The translations under genes were made by a program, and so were the position numbers. Below are positions 29,549 through 40,707 of a DNA stretch of 64,000 nt, piece after piece (positions within the stretch are counted from its first letter, which is position 1; each line of letters begins with the position of its first letter). The stretch is from assembly GCF_002087085.1 (NCBI RefSeq), contig NZ_MWQY01000010.1, positions 1-64,000 of the forward strand, given 5' to 3'. The notes beneath the pieces are model-generated. The model was not told the DNA's origin. It saw only the letters and a list, made by a program, of their open reading frames with translations, and ran no database searches.

Positions 29549-30703
29549 TCAGGGCACCGCCGCCCGGAAAAGAGTTCCCTCCCCTTCCAGAGTACAGGAT
29601 CCATGGTCCGCGGTAACAAAGAGGGAATCCCCGGGAGCAAGATCAAAGACTCCTTCCGCCCTGAGTCTGCCCCCGGTGCAGAGCAGGATTTCACAGGAAT
29701 CCGGGTGTTCAAGGTCAAGGTTTGCGCCTCCTGGCAAGTCAAAACGGGAGAGCATGAACTCGTCAACCGGAGGACGGTATATTCTTTCGCCATTCCCTCC
29801 CGGGAGGGGAGAAAAGAGCCCCGGCTTGGAGGCCGAAAAATCCAGAACTGCGCAGAGTTCCTCCAGATCAATGTGCTTCGAGGTAAGACCGCCCCGCAGG
29901 ACGTTATCGCTGTTGGCCATCAGTTCGATTCCGAGTCCTCCCAGATAGGCGTGGATCTTTCCGGCATCCAGGTAGATGGCCTCCCCTTCCCTCAGTTCCA
30001 GGATATTCATGTACAGGGGAGCGGCTACACCGATATCCCCGGGGTATGCTTCCTCGAGACGCAGGATCCATTCGAAAGTCCCCTCCTCCTGTCCCCTGGC
30101 GGCGGAGCAGATATCGGCGATCAGCTTTCCGGGTTCAGGGAAACTCATCAGGGCACGAAAGAAGGTCTTGAGGTCACCCCGGGCATCTGCAACAATACGC
30201 CCATAGACGGAGACTCCCAGAACATCCGCATAGTGCCGGATCTCATCCATGGAGCGGAAGCCCAGGAGGGCAGAAAAATCCCCCAGGGCAAGCAGAATCT
30301 CCGGCTTGTGCATCTTATCCCTGTAGTTACGCTCAAAGGCACCCAGGGGTATACCTGCCGCGTTTTCCCGGGCAAAACCGGTCCGGGCGGCCTCTTTACC
30401 GGGGTGGGCCTGGATTGAAAGGGGTCTGCCGGCGGCCAGGATCTTGAACAGAAAGGGCAGAGCACCGAAGCGTTCCGCCGGACCTTTTCCAAGACGCCCC
30501 ACAGGATCCCTGGCGATAAAATCGTTCAAGGGGACCGGGCCCGACTCAGTCTCCACCATTGAGGGATTCCTGGGGTGCGCACCCATCCAGAGCTCAGCCC
30601 AGGGTTCAGCCTCCGGGTTCCTGATCCCCAGGAGTTCGGGCAGTAAAGAAGGGGATCCCCAGGAATAGTGCTGTACACTGTTTTTCATACGGTAAAGAGC
30701 CAT
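29549..30703 (-). CDS. manA: Mannose-6-phosphate isomerase, class I
   Basis: HYSWGS, AELWMGAHP, LFKIL, LSIQAHP, HKPE, HAYL, ELMANSDNVLRGGLT. Confidence 0.95.
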   Translation of the reverse strand: MALYRMKNSVQHYSWGSPSLLPELLGIRNPEAEPWAELWMGAHPRNPSMVETESGPVPLNDFIARDPVGRLGKGPAERFGALPFLFKILAAGRPLSIQAHPGKEAARTGFARENAAGIPLGAFERNYRDKMHKPEILLALGDFSALLGFRSMDEIRHYADVLGVSVYGRIVADARGDLKTFFRALMSFPEPGKLIADICSAARGQEEGTFEWILRLEEAYPGDIGVAAPLYMNILELREGEAIYLDAGKIHAYLGGLGIELMANSDNVLRGGLTSKHIDLEELCAVLDFSASKPGLFSPLPGGNGERIYRPPVDEFMLSRFDLPGGANLDLEHPDSCEILLCTGGRLRAEGVFDLAPGDSLFVTADHGSCTLEGEGTLFRAAVP

Positions 30704-30712
30704 GTATGCATT

Positions 30713-31720
30713 TTATGAAGAGGATTCCGGCGGGTCAAGCAGAGGTCCCGGAACAAGCAGAGGCGCCAGGGTAAAATCCAGGGACTGACCTCGAAGTATA
30801 AAGTCCACAAGTCCCTGAACGGCCCGTCGATACAGGGCTCCGAGGCGGAGGTCGACACTGGGAATCCTGCGGGAAAGTCCCAGGTCCACCGGCAGATTGT
30901 CGTATCCGGCTACAAGACACTCCTCCGGCACCCGGATATTACACTCCCCCAGCCCCCGCAGGATACCCAGAGCCGTAAGATCGTTTACCCCGCAGACGGC
31001 ATCGATTCTGCCGGCCCTGACTTCCGGGGCAATGACAGCGGCTGCAGCCATGCCGCCGTCGATACCCACCGGGGTTTCGATAAGGGGAACCTCCCCGCCG
31101 AATCCTTCTCTGAAGCCCTTGAGCCGCTGCCTGTGGGCTTCCACCTCTTTGAGATGTCCGCTTACATAGACGGCATTGCGGTAGCCGGCGGCATAAAAAG
31201 CCTCTCCCAGGAGCCGTCCTCCGGCGAAGTTGTCCGTGGAGCAGCGGGAGAAGCCTGTGAGGGTCTCCGTATGATGAGCGCAGACGTAGGGAATACCTGT
31301 CCCGGCGACAGCCGAGGCATACTCCCGCTCTTCGGTATTGAAGGCCAGGATACCGTCACACTCCCCGGCGAGAGTCCGCAGATGCTTCAGGGACCCGATG
31401 CTGCGCATTTCGAGTCGAAAGGAGCTTTCCGAAACAGCCTGCACAACAGCCCGTAAAATGTCTGCATAGAGCCAGTTAAAAAAGCGCATATCCGGCCAGG
31501 AATAGGTGCCCCCTTTCCGGTATTCCAGGAAAATCAGAACCCCCGTCCCCCGGCGGCGCAGCGCGCCGGCATTCTTGTCCGGCCTGTATCCCAATTCCGA
31601 AGCCACCCGGCGTACGAGCTCTGCAGTCCCCGTCTCCACCCTGTCCGGATGGTTGAACACCCGTGAAACTGTAGCGCCGCTGACTCCGGCGCGGCGGGCG
31701 ACATCATCCCTGTTGGCCAT
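30713..31720 (-). CDS. LacI-family transcriptional regulator
   Basis: [42 protein letters not shown]. Confidence 0.93.
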   Translation of the reverse strand: MANRDDVARRAGVSGATVSRVFNHPDRVETGTAELVRRVASELGYRPDKNAGALRRRGTGVLIFLEYRKGGTYSWPDMRFFNWLYADILRAVVQAVSESSFRLEMRSIGSLKHLRTLAGECDGILAFNTEEREYASAVAGTGIPYVCAHHTETLTGFSRCSTDNFAGGRLLGEAFYAAGYRNAVYVSGHLKEVEAHRQRLKGFREGFGGEVPLIETPVGIDGGMAAAAVIAPEVRAGRIDAVCGVNDLTALGILRGLGECNIRVPEECLVAGYDNLPVDLGLSRRIPSVDLRLGALYRRAVQGLVDFILRGQSLDFTLAPLLVPGPLLDPPESSS

Positions 31721-31762
31721 TCAATTATCCTTGACCGAGAAAAATATTCGGTGTACCATCGC

Positions 31763-31778
31763 ATGTACACGTGTACAT
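31763..31778. promoter_or_regulatory. LacI-type operator palindrome
   Basis: Perfect 16-bp palindrome ATGTACACGTGTACAT with central CG, between divergent lacI and galT. Confidence 0.7.
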
Positions 31779-31829
31779 AAGTATACGGAAGGTATCACGC
31801 AGAAGTCAATATACCTGGAGGAGTTTCTC

Positions 31830-32876
31830 ATGAGTTCCATACACAGGAGCCCCCACCGACGTTTTAACCCCCTTTCCGGGGAGTGGCTGCTGGTCTCTCC
31901 CCAGCGGACCCAGCGCCCCTGGCAGGGCCAGAAGGAGGCAGAAAAGTCCGGAATTCAGGCCTCCTATGACCCTGACTGCTACCTCTGCCCGGGAAATACC
32001 CGCGCCGGAGGCATCCGGAACCCCAGGTATACCGAGACCTATAGTTTTATCAACGATTTTTCGGCCCTCCTGCCGGAGACGGGTGAAGAAAAGGCCGTCG
32101 AACAGGAACTCTTCCAGGCAGTCCCGGAGAGAGGCATCTGCAGGGTGATCTGTTTTTCTCCCCGTCACGATCTGACGGTGGCCCGTATGGACCATGGGGA
32201 AATACGCAACATAGTAGACCTCTGGGTCAGGGAGTACCGCGACCTGAGCCGGGTGGATTATATCTCCTATGTACAGATTTTTGAGAATCGCGGCGAGATA
32301 ATGGGCTGTTCAAATCCTCATCCCCATGGCCAGATATGGAGCAGTGAGCACATCCCCGAACTTCCGTCAAAAGAGACGGAACGCCAGGAGGAATACTTCA
32401 GGATGCATCGGAGTCCCATGCTGCTGGACTACCTGGAAACGGAACTTAAGGAGCAGGAGAGAATCGTCTGCACCAACAGGGATTTTGCGGTCCTTGTTCC
32501 CTACTGGGCGACATGGCCCTATGAGACCATGATCCTGCCCCGCCGTCAGGTCACCAGCATCGATGAGCTCAGCGGCCCTGAGCGGGACAATCTGGCCGAT
32601 GCCGTCGGCAGGCTGACGGTAAAGTACGACAACCTTTTCAAAACCAGCTTCCCCTATTCCATGGGCATCCACGGCGCCCCTTGCGATACGGGGAGCTATC
32701 CCGGATGGCAGATGCACCTTCACTACTTTCCGCCCCTCCTCCGTTCGGCGACAATCCGTAAGTTCATGGTCGGGTACGAGCTCCTTGCGACTCCCCAGCG
32801 GGACATCACCCCGGAACAGGCGGCAGCCATTCTCAGGGAACTTCCGGAAACACACTACCTGGAGGAAAGATCGTGA
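31830..32876 (+). CDS. galT: Galactose-1-phosphate uridylyltransferase
   Basis: [38 protein letters not shown] 31830 with GGAGGAG RBS. Confidence 0.96.
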   Translation: MSSIHRSPHRRFNPLSGEWLLVSPQRTQRPWQGQKEAEKSGIQASYDPDCYLCPGNTRAGGIRNPRYTETYSFINDFSALLPETGEEKAVEQELFQAVPERGICRVICFSPRHDLTVARMDHGEIRNIVDLWVREYRDLSRVDYISYVQIFENRGEIMGCSNPHPHGQIWSSEHIPELPSKETERQEEYFRMHRSPMLLDYLETELKEQERIVCTNRDFAVLVPYWATWPYETMILPRRQVTSIDELSGPERDNLADAVGRLTVKYDNLFKTSFPYSMGIHGAPCDTGSYPGWQMHLHYFPPLLRSATIRKFMVGYELLATPQRDITPEQAAAILRELPETHYLEERS

Positions 32877-34114
32877 ACAGGCGACAATGGAGGGCCGCCG
32901 GAATTTCGCAGAAATACGCTACAGTCACGAAGGAGAGAATGGACTATCTTCTGGAGGGTTTCGACGACTCCGGAGAACTGCGGATCTTTTCGGCCCCCGG
33001 AAGAACGGAACTAGCCGGAAACCACACTGACCACAACCGTGGCTGGGTTCTGGCGGGAGCGGTCCACCTGGACGCCCTTGCCGCGGTAGCTCCCAGATCC
33101 GACAGCAGGGTAATCCTGCAATCAGCCGGCTACAGGGGAAGCTTTCGGGTGAACCTCTCGGACCTCGAACCCCGGCCGGGGGAAGCGGGAAAACTGGAGG
33201 GCCTTGTCCGGGGGGTCGCCGCGGAATTCTCCCGCCGCGGACTGGGCTACGGGGGATTCGAAGGCAGAATCCACAGCCTTATACCTGCGGGGTCCGGTTT
33301 AAGCTCTTCCGCCGCCCTGGAGGTCCTGTTGGGTACTGTCCTGTCGGGACTCTACAACGGGGGATCTGTTCCCGGAATTGAGCTTGCGAAGATCGGCCAG
33401 GCCGCGGAAAACAAGTACTTTTACAAACCCTGCGGACTTATGGACCAGACGGCCTGCGCTTCGGGGGGTATTACCGCCATAGATTTTTCAGATCCCGAAG
33501 ACCCCAGGGTGAACAGAATGGATTTCTCCTTCAGTGATCACGGCTATATCCTCTGCGTAGTAAACACCGGGGGCAGTCACGCCGACCTCACGGAGGATTA
33601 CGCCGCATGCCCCGGAGAAATGTTTGCAGTGGCCAGGGCCCTCTCACGAAGAAGTGCGTCGGAGATCAGGGAAGAGGAGCTGCTTTCGGCCATACCGGAC
33701 CTCAGGTCTTCCTGCGGCGACCGGGCTATTTTACGGACCCTCCATTTTATCAATGAAAACCGCCGCGTCCTGGACATGACCAGAGCTGTCGGGGAAGGGA
33801 ACATCGCCGACTATATCTCCGGCATGAAAGCCTCGGGAGATTCCTCCTGGAGGCTGCTGCAGAACTGCTACTCCCCGGGAAACCCTTCACAGCAGGGTAT
33901 TCCCCTGGCCCTGGAACTCGCGAAGCTGGCGGTTGAAGATGATTCAGCCTTCAGGGTCCACGGAGGCGGTTTTGCCGGCACCATCCAGGGCCTGGTAAAA
34001 AACGACGCCTTCGGGCCTTTTACAGAGAGCATGGAGCAGGTCTTCGGAAAAGGAGCGGTGATCCCTCTGCAGATCCGCCCCCGGGGATGTATTGAACTGA
34101 CTCCTGAAGAATAA
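32873..34114 (+). CDS. galK: Galactokinase
   Basis: [35 protein letters not shown]. Confidence 0.93.
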   Translation: MNRRQWRAAGISQKYATVTKERMDYLLEGFDDSGELRIFSAPGRTELAGNHTDHNRGWVLAGAVHLDALAAVAPRSDSRVILQSAGYRGSFRVNLSDLEPRPGEAGKLEGLVRGVAAEFSRRGLGYGGFEGRIHSLIPAGSGLSSSAALEVLLGTVLSGLYNGGSVPGIELAKIGQAAENKYFYKPCGLMDQTACASGGITAIDFSDPEDPRVNRMDFSFSDHGYILCVVNTGGSHADLTEDYAACPGEMFAVARALSRRSASEIREEELLSAIPDLRSSCGDRAILRTLHFINENRRVLDMTRAVGEGNIADYISGMKASGDSSWRLLQNCYSPGNPSQQGIPLALELAKLAVEDDSAFRVHGGGFAGTIQGLVKNDAFGPFTESMEQVFGKGAVIPLQIRPRGCIELTPEE

Positions 34115-34396
34115 CTACTGCTTCAGTTTCTGCTTGAGGGCCATAAAAACCCTGGCGTTCTGCTCCTGAAAAAAATCCCGCGACTCAAGGTACTCCCGGG
34201 CGATCTCGCAGAACTCGTCGGAAAGGTTGAAGGTGCCGAAATGCTTATAGGCTTTGCGCGGGGTGGATTCCCGGAATATCCCGTGCTGCTCATTGATGCA
34301 GATACCGAGGTTCTCCACCCAGATTTCGATAATCATGTTATCAGGACTGAACAGATCGGATTTATTACCTTTTGTGGCATACACTACTGCTTTCAT
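34115..34396 (-). CDS. Hypothetical protein (93 aa)
   Basis: Fills the gap, abuts the galK stop, GAGG RBS; no family recognised. Confidence 0.65.
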   Translation of the reverse strand: MKAVVYATKGNKSDLFSPDNMIIEIWVENLGICINEQHGIFRESTPRKAYKHFGTFNLSDEFCEIAREYLESRDFFQEQNARVFMALKQKLKQ

Positions 34397-34485
34397 TTTC
34401 GCCTCGACTTTAGACAGCTAAGCTATACTCTACAGTAGGAGTTCCTCAAAATCAATCTTTCTGAAGGGCAATATGAACATTGCGG

Positions 34486-34526
34486 AAAAAATTGGGCCCA
34501 CCGGAGATTAGTTCCGGCGGGCCGAT
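34486..34526 (-). terminator. Terminator of the flavoprotein gene
   Basis: GC-rich hairpin GGCCCGCCGGA...TCCGGTGGGCC followed by a T run on the minus strand. Confidence 0.7.
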
Positions 34527-34549
34527 ATTCTTACGATTGAACCAGAGGA

Positions 34550-35977
34550 TTATTCAGCCGCGTATCTTCCCGCTACCTTGCCGGTAACCGCTGCATGGGT
34601 CAGGGAGTCACCTCCGCGGTATCCATAGGCGCGATAACCGCCGGTGGTTTCACCAGTAGCGTAGAGTCCGGGAATAACCGATCCATCCTCCTTGACCACC
34701 TGGCATTTCTCATCGATCTTAAGCCCTCCCGGCGTCATAATGGTGCCAGGTTTTACCTCGATAAAGTAGAACGGTGCCTTGGCGAGTTCCTTAACATAGA
34801 TATCCCTTCCAAACTCGTCCTCCTTTTCGCCTCGAATAACCTGATTAAAACGGTCAATCGTCCCGGTCAGGTTTTCCACCGGTACTCCCATCTTATCCGC
34901 CAGCTCTTCGATACTTGCCGCTTCTATTACCATCCCCATATCGATATACTCCGGGACCTTGTACACACTCTCCTTGACCTGACTGTCAAAAACCTCGTAG
35001 TAGGAAGGCTCACCCTTTTCAATCAGGACCATCGATACCTCGGTGTAGGGCTTTGTTTCATTGGTGAAGCGTTCCCCCTGAGAATCGACAATGATCGCGC
35101 CCTTGGAAAGTACCAGGGACGTAATAAGGAGCTTTTTGTTCACCTCGACGGTGGGGGTTAACCAGGGAACATCCAGATCGATAGTCGCAGCACCCAGTTT
35201 AAGGGCTTCGGCGTGCATTTCTCCCGTGGTTCCGGGACTCCCGGCGTAGATTACACCTTCAGCTTCGGGGGTGTATTCAGCAAGACGATCCGGATCAGCG
35301 CCGAATCCGCCGGCAGCCAATACCACGCTCTTTGCAGAAAAGTTGTGTTCCCTGCCGTCCGCATCAAGGGCCCTCACACCCTTTACCTGTCCGCTCTCGT
35401 CTGAAAGCAGTTCTGCAGCGGGAGTTTCAAACATTATCTCCACCCCCAGTTCCCTGGCGGATTCAACCAGAGCCGTAATCATGGCGGAGCTGCTGGGTGT
35501 AACCTGGTGTGCCCGGGCAAAGGCACTTCCCATAACAGGGGTTACCTTGTCGTCAAATACAACGCCGTGGTTTACCAGCCAGTCAAAAACCTCTCCACCC
35601 TTATCCGCCATCATGCGGGTCTGCATGGGGTCCCTTTTATCTCCGCTGACCCTCATGGCTTCTTCGTAAAATGCATCCGGGGTATCTTCGATGCCCAGCT
35701 CCTTCTGAAGAGAGGTGGCTCCCAAGTAAAATATACCCGTGGAAAGTACTGTATTCCCCCCGGGAAATGCCAGTTTTTCCAGCAGCAGCACCTCTGCCCC
35801 GTTTTCTGCAGCCGAGATGGAACTTGTTAAGCCCGCGAGGCCGGCGCCTACCACAATTACATCGTACTCGCTGCCGCCGGAGACCTCAGCTTCTGTACCC
35901 TTCTGACAACTCATCAGGGCAAAGGGGATAATAACCATTACAAATAGAAGAATTCGCTTGAACAACATGTTTTGCAT
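34550..35977 (-). CDS. FAD-dependent oxidoreductase lipoprotein (flavocytochrome c / fumarate-reductase flavin-subunit family)
   Basis: Lipobox ALMSC; VGAGLAG, EKLAFPGGNT, VVLAAGGF, GLYATGE; start ATG 35977 with GAGGAG RBS. Confidence 0.88.
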   Translation of the reverse strand: MQNMLFKRILLFVMVIIPFALMSCQKGTEAEVSGGSEYDVIVVGAGLAGLTSSISAAENGAEVLLLEKLAFPGGNTVLSTGIFYLGATSLQKELGIEDTPDAFYEEAMRVSGDKRDPMQTRMMADKGGEVFDWLVNHGVVFDDKVTPVMGSAFARAHQVTPSSSAMITALVESARELGVEIMFETPAAELLSDESGQVKGVRALDADGREHNFSAKSVVLAAGGFGADPDRLAEYTPEAEGVIYAGSPGTTGEMHAEALKLGAATIDLDVPWLTPTVEVNKKLLITSLVLSKGAIIVDSQGERFTNETKPYTEVSMVLIEKGEPSYYEVFDSQVKESVYKVPEYIDMGMVIEAASIEELADKMGVPVENLTGTIDRFNQVIRGEKEDEFGRDIYVKELAKAPFYFIEVKPGTIMTPGGLKIDEKCQVVKEDGSVIPGLYATGETTGGYRAYGYRGGDSLTHAAVTGKVAGRYAAE

Positions 35978-36044
35978 ATGAGGCTCCTCTGTCGAGTCAA
36001 AGAAAATATCAAATAGATAATTTCTTTTCGTTATATTCGTATCC

Positions 36045-36073
36045 AATGTAATTGACCTAATAACTATAGTCAA
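36045..36073 (-). promoter_or_regulatory. Putative sigma70 promoter of the flavoprotein gene
   Basis: Minus strand TTGACT-17 nt-TACATT. Confidence 0.5.
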
Positions 36074-36260
36074 GTAATTGGATCAATTTACAGGACAATC
36101 TTCCACGTATCCTCCGGGCATCACGCGGTTGACGAGGACATGCGCCAGCGTATATAAAAATACAATACCGGGGACCTCCAGAGCCGAGAAAAGGACCGTT
36201 GTCAGAGGATCCCTGCTGACAGTGCATTAAATCCATATTTATGCGAAACAAGGAGCTTAT

Positions 36261-37916
36261 ATGAACATTTCACCCCTGCAGGAAGCCCGTTACAAGTACG
36301 AGCCCAAATTGCCGGAAATTCTGAAAAACGCGGTTGATGCGATCAAGGTCAGCCTCGGTGACCCGACTCAGTCAGTAGCAGATCAGGAGGAACTCAAACA
36401 GCTCTTCCCCAATACCTACGGCATGCCGGTGGCAGGCTTCACGAAGGGGGAGAATCCCGGAGCCGGAAAAGCGATCAATGTGGGAGTCATTCTATCCGGA
36501 GGACAGGCTCCGGGGGGACACAATGTCATCGCCGGCCTGTATGACGGTCTCAAGAAGGGCAATAAAAACAGCAAGCTTATCGGTTTTCTCGGCGGTCCTT
36601 CGGGGCTCACCAGCGACGAGGCCCTTGAGTTCAGCGATGAATATATGGACCGGTACCGGAATACCGGAGGTTTTGATATTATCGGTTCCGGTCGGACCAA
36701 GCTCGAAACCGAGGAACAGTTCGATACCTGTATAGAGGTGTGCAAAAAACGGAATATCAGCGCCCTTGTCATTATAGGCGGAGACGATTCCAACACCAAC
36801 GCGGCGGTCCTGGCGGAGTATTTTCAGCAGAAGAAAGCCTCCATTCAGGTAATCGGGGTTCCCAAGACCATCGACGGCGACCTGAAGAACGAACATATCG
36901 AGACCTCCTTCGGCTTCGACACCGCAACCAAGACCTACTCAGAACTGATCGGAAACATCGAGCGGGACGCCAACTCCGCAAAAAAATACTGGCATTTCAT
37001 CAAACTGATGGGAAGAAGCGCCTCCCACATCGCCCTGGAGTGCGCCCTTCAGACCCGTCCCAATGTGGCGATCATCTCCGAAGAGGTGGAAGAGAAAAAA
37101 CAGACCCTGGATCAGGTGGTGGGAAACATTATCGACACCATTGTAACGAGGGCGGAAAAGGGAGAGAACTTCGGGGTCGTCCTGGTTCCTGAAGGGCTTA
37201 TCGAGTTTATCCCGGAAATGAAGACCCTTATCGGAGAGCTGAACGATCTTCTCGCGGAACACCAGGCCTATTACGCTACCCTGAACACCTTTGAAGACCA
37301 GTCGGAATGGATCAACAAGAACCTCTCCAGGGAGTCCTCCTACGTGTTCTCTTCCCTGCCGAACAATATTCAGCGACAGCTCCTGATGGACCGGGATCCC
37401 CACGGAAACGTCCAGGTCTCCCGGATTGAAACCGAGAAACTGCTGATCGAAATAATCGAGGACAGGCTCCGGGAGATGAAGACCGAGGGCAGGTACTCCG
37501 GGAAGTTCTCCCATCAGCACCACTTCTTCGGCTACGAAGGACGCTGTGCCTTTCCCTCGAACTTTGACGCCGACTACTGCTACTCCCTGGGCTTCAACGC
37601 CTTTGTTCTTATTGCCAACGGACTGACCGGGTATATGTCGTCGGTGAAAAACCTGTCGAAGCCCGCCAGCGAGTGGATCGCCGGGGGAATTCCGGTGACC
37701 ATGATGATGAACCTGGAGCAGCGTCACGGCAAAAAGAAACCCGTTATCCGCAAGGCCCTGGTGGAGCTCGACGGAAAACCCTTCAAGGCCTTCGCTGCAG
37801 AGAGGGAAACCTGGGCGGTGGAGACAAGCTTTGCATATCCCGGGGCAATCCAGTACTACGGTCCCGACGAGGTATGCAATCAGCCCACCATGACCTTGAA
37901 GATCGAACACAAATAG
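36261..37916 (+). CDS. pfp: Pyrophosphate--fructose-6-phosphate 1-phosphotransferase (long clade)
   Basis: [20 protein letters not shown] (PPi-type Asp), [21 protein letters not shown]. Confidence 0.96.
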   Translation: MNISPLQEARYKYEPKLPEILKNAVDAIKVSLGDPTQSVADQEELKQLFPNTYGMPVAGFTKGENPGAGKAINVGVILSGGQAPGGHNVIAGLYDGLKKGNKNSKLIGFLGGPSGLTSDEALEFSDEYMDRYRNTGGFDIIGSGRTKLETEEQFDTCIEVCKKRNISALVIIGGDDSNTNAAVLAEYFQQKKASIQVIGVPKTIDGDLKNEHIETSFGFDTATKTYSELIGNIERDANSAKKYWHFIKLMGRSASHIALECALQTRPNVAIISEEVEEKKQTLDQVVGNIIDTIVTRAEKGENFGVVLVPEGLIEFIPEMKTLIGELNDLLAEHQAYYATLNTFEDQSEWINKNLSRESSYVFSSLPNNIQRQLLMDRDPHGNVQVSRIETEKLLIEIIEDRLREMKTEGRYSGKFSHQHHFFGYEGRCAFPSNFDADYCYSLGFNAFVLIANGLTGYMSSVKNLSKPASEWIAGGIPVTMMMNLEQRHGKKKPVIRKALVELDGKPFKAFAAERETWAVETSFAYPGAIQYYGPDEVCNQPTMTLKIEHK

Positions 37917-37939
37917 CAGATATTTTTCTGAACAAACCT

Positions 37940-37971
37940 GCCGGCCTCCGTGGAAGGGGCCGGCTTTTTTT
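37940..37971 (+). terminator. Rho-independent terminator
   Basis: GCCGGCC...GGCCGGC hairpin + T7 after pfp. Confidence 0.85.
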
Positions 37972-38012
37972 CAGCTTTTCAAGGGCGGCTCTAAAACCCT
38001 TTTAGAACTGCC

Positions 38013-38933
38013 TTAAGCAATTACCCCTGGCTTTATGAATCCGGCGTTGGCGGCTGCACAGTCCCTTGCCGTCTCCAGGGCCCGGGCAAAGCCCTCATCC
38101 TTCGCCAGGCTGTGGGACAATCCGGCGGTAAAAGCGTCGCCGCAGCCTATGGTGTTCACCGGCGTAATCTGACGGGCCGGCTGTCGGATCAGTTCCTTTC
38201 CGTCCCAGCCCAGGGCTCCGCGGGCACCAAGGGTCAGCACCGTGAGGGATCCGTATTCGCGGTGGATCCGTTTCATCTCTTCTACGGCATACTCAAGGAC
38301 CTTGTCATCCTCTTCGTGCTCCTCCACCGCGAGCTCCGGGAGGAAGGTCGCACAGAACTCGCTGAGGTTCGGCTTTATCAGGCCAGGACCGAAGGGCAGA
38401 CAGGCACGAAGGTCGGCGCCTTTTATATCCAGCACACTGTACACTCCGAGGGCGGAAGCCTTTTTCACCATCCAGGGATAGAGATCACCGCTGTAGCCGG
38501 GTGCTTTGGTTCCCGAGATAATCAGGAAATCGCAGTCCATAATACGCTTCGCAAACTCCTCCCGCACCATACTGTCCGTATCCGGGCCCACGGGCCCTGC
38601 ATCTGCTATAAGCTCGGTGGTACTGCCCTTTTCCCTGCTTAAAAGGGTTACGCAGGTGCGAATCTGGGAAGCGGATTCCACGGCCGCCAGAATAAGACCG
38701 TCCTCACGGCACATGGCCAGGAACCTCTCCCGGTCCTCTCCTCCGGCGTGGGTAAGATGGACAACCTCGTCCTCCAGCTGGGTCAGGACCCGGGCGACAT
38801 TGACGCCTTTTCCGGAGGCATGAAGAAAATGAGTATGCGTCCGGTTGACCCGGTTTTCCTTCCAGGACTCGAAGAGCAGGGTCCGCTGCATTACAGGATT
38901 CAGACTTACCGCAAGAAAGCGTTTATGCGGCAT
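38013..38933 (-). CDS. PfkB-family hexose kinase (1-phosphofructokinase / tagatose-6-P kinase-like)
   Basis: LNP, SGKGVNVAR, IKPNLSE, NTIGCGDAF. Confidence 0.88.
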   Translation of the reverse strand: MPHKRFLAVSLNPVMQRTLLFESWKENRVNRTHTHFLHASGKGVNVARVLTQLEDEVVHLTHAGGEDRERFLAMCREDGLILAAVESASQIRTCVTLLSREKGSTTELIADAGPVGPDTDSMVREEFAKRIMDCDFLIISGTKAPGYSGDLYPWMVKKASALGVYSVLDIKGADLRACLPFGPGLIKPNLSEFCATFLPELAVEEHEEDDKVLEYAVEEMKRIHREYGSLTVLTLGARGALGWDGKELIRQPARQITPVNTIGCGDAFTAGLSHSLAKDEGFARALETARDCAAANAGFIKPGVIA

Positions 38934-40082
38934 CTAAAGACGCTCCAGAAATATTTCCGCCACCTCTTTTTCACTGAACAGGACGGGGCTCTCCTTCATG
39001 CCGGTCGCCCCTGCCAGTTCGACAAGTTCATCCGCCGTAAACCCGTACTCTCCGAAGCCCGGCAGCCCGGAATCCTCCAGCCAGCCGTCCAGGAGCTCTG
39101 CCAGATCATCAACCTCGCTGTTCAGAGCCTCGGCGGCTTTTTCAAGCTTCCGTATCAGCAGGCGCTGCTCCTGCGCCCTTGCCCGCATCAGGATACGCCT
39201 GACGGTGCCGGGAAGCAGCAGCCCGCAGACCAGACCGTGGGGAATCTCCCGGGCCGCACCAATCGGGCTCGCGGCGCCGTGAATCATTCCAAGCCCGGCA
39301 TTGGCCAGCACCACTCCGGAAAGATAGGCCGCATAGCCCATCTTTCCCCGGGCACTGACATTTCCCGGATTCTGCAGCAGGGCAGGAAACGCCCGCCCGG
39401 CAGCCACCAGCCCCGAGACCGCCAGGGCATCGGTAAAAGAGCTTGACCCGGTGGACATAAGGGCTTCCATGAGCTGGGTAATCGCATCCAGTCCTGCCGC
39501 GGCGCTGACTCCCAGGGGAGCATCGACTGCCAGAAGAGGATCTATAAGCGCCAGCTTCGGTACAAAGTTGTCGTGCCGCAGGGACTTTTTGAAACCGCCG
39601 ATTTCGCTCAGGACGGCGTTCTTTGTGGCTTCCGAGCCGGTTCCGGCGGTTGTCGGGACAGCATATACAGGGAGACTGGCTCCGGAGGGGACCGTACTGC
39701 CTACGCCTTCCAGAAAATCCTTGACGCTCCGCTTTCCGGCGGCACCGGGTTCCGCCAGCATTGCGGCCACAGCCTTTGCGGCATCGATAACACTGCCGCC
39801 TCCCAGTGCGATAATCAGGCCGGGTTTGTTTTCAGACCAGGTGTTGACTATATCATCAACAATACGCGGAGAAGGCTCTCCGGAGACAGGCACTTCAACG
39901 AACTCGATGTCCCGGGAACTCAGCTCGCGGCACAGCCTGTCGCCCCAACGGGACCAGACCGCCCGGCCATGCACAATTCCGATCCGTCTGACGGATGATT
40001 CGGCTACCAGATCGGGAAGTTTTTCAAAAGCCCCCTCTTCTATCAGCAGCCGGGGCAGGGCCGCAACTTTTAGCGTTTTCAT
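38934..40082 (-). CDS. Iron-containing alcohol dehydrogenase
   Basis: GEP, ALGGGSVIDAAK, PTTAGTGSE, LGMIHG, PHG. Confidence 0.92.
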   Translation of the reverse strand: MKTLKVAALPRLLIEEGAFEKLPDLVAESSVRRIGIVHGRAVWSRWGDRLCRELSSRDIEFVEVPVSGEPSPRIVDDIVNTWSENKPGLIIALGGGSVIDAAKAVAAMLAEPGAAGKRSVKDFLEGVGSTVPSGASLPVYAVPTTAGTGSEATKNAVLSEIGGFKKSLRHDNFVPKLALIDPLLAVDAPLGVSAAAGLDAITQLMEALMSTGSSSFTDALAVSGLVAAGRAFPALLQNPGNVSARGKMGYAAYLSGVVLANAGLGMIHGAASPIGAAREIPHGLVCGLLLPGTVRRILMRARAQEQRLLIRKLEKAAEALNSEVDDLAELLDGWLEDSGLPGFGEYGFTADELVELAGATGMKESPVLFSEKEVAEIFLERL

Positions 40083-40193
40083 AGGTACCAGTATAGGGTA
40101 AGCCGGCGGAGAGTGTCAAAAGAGGAAGCGAAGGGAAAAACCCTGGCCGTGTATCCCCTCTTTAGGCCAAGACATGCTACAATACCTTCGGTT

Positions 40194-40691
40194 ATGGAAA
40201 AACAGGAAAACTATAGGCGTCCAAGCTGGGACGAGTATTTCATGGAAGTGTGTGATGCCATTGCCAAGCGGGCAACCTGCGACCGGGGACGCTCCGGCTG
40301 TGTTATCGCCAGGGACCGCCAGCTCCTGGTAACAGGCTACGTGGGATCACCGGTTGGGTTTCCCCACTGCGACGAGGTGGGACACCAGATAAAGAAACTG
40401 GTACACGAGGACGGCAGCGTAAGCCAGCACTGCATGAGGACCGTCCACGCGGAGCAGAACGCCATCTGTCAGGCTGCCCGACGGGGTGTGGCCCTCGACG
40501 GAGCTACCCTCTACTGCACCATGACCCCCTGCCGCACCTGCGCCATGCTGATTATCAACTGCGGGATCAGGCGGGTGGTCTGCAAGCGGAAATATCATGC
40601 GGGGGCAGAGTCGGAAGAATTTTTTCGCCGTGCCGGAATTCAGCTGGATTATTTCAGCGAGGATACCGAGAGCTACGACAGGCAGAGCTGA
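40194..40691 (+). CDS. dCMP deaminase (ComEB family)
   Basis: RPSWDEYFM, RATC, HAEQNAI, PCRTC. Confidence 0.92.
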   Translation: MEKQENYRRPSWDEYFMEVCDAIAKRATCDRGRSGCVIARDRQLLVTGYVGSPVGFPHCDEVGHQIKKLVHEDGSVSQHCMRTVHAEQNAICQAARRGVALDGATLYCTMTPCRTCAMLIINCGIRRVVCKRKYHAGAESEEFFRRAGIQLDYFSEDTESYDRQS

Positions 40692-40707
40692 TCGCCAGCT
40701 TTCCTCT

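Noticed and set aside
36160..36260. Structured 5' leader of pfp (TGTCAG...CTGACA hairpin)
   Set aside because: Single short hairpin with no known riboswitch motif; cannot support an ncRNA call
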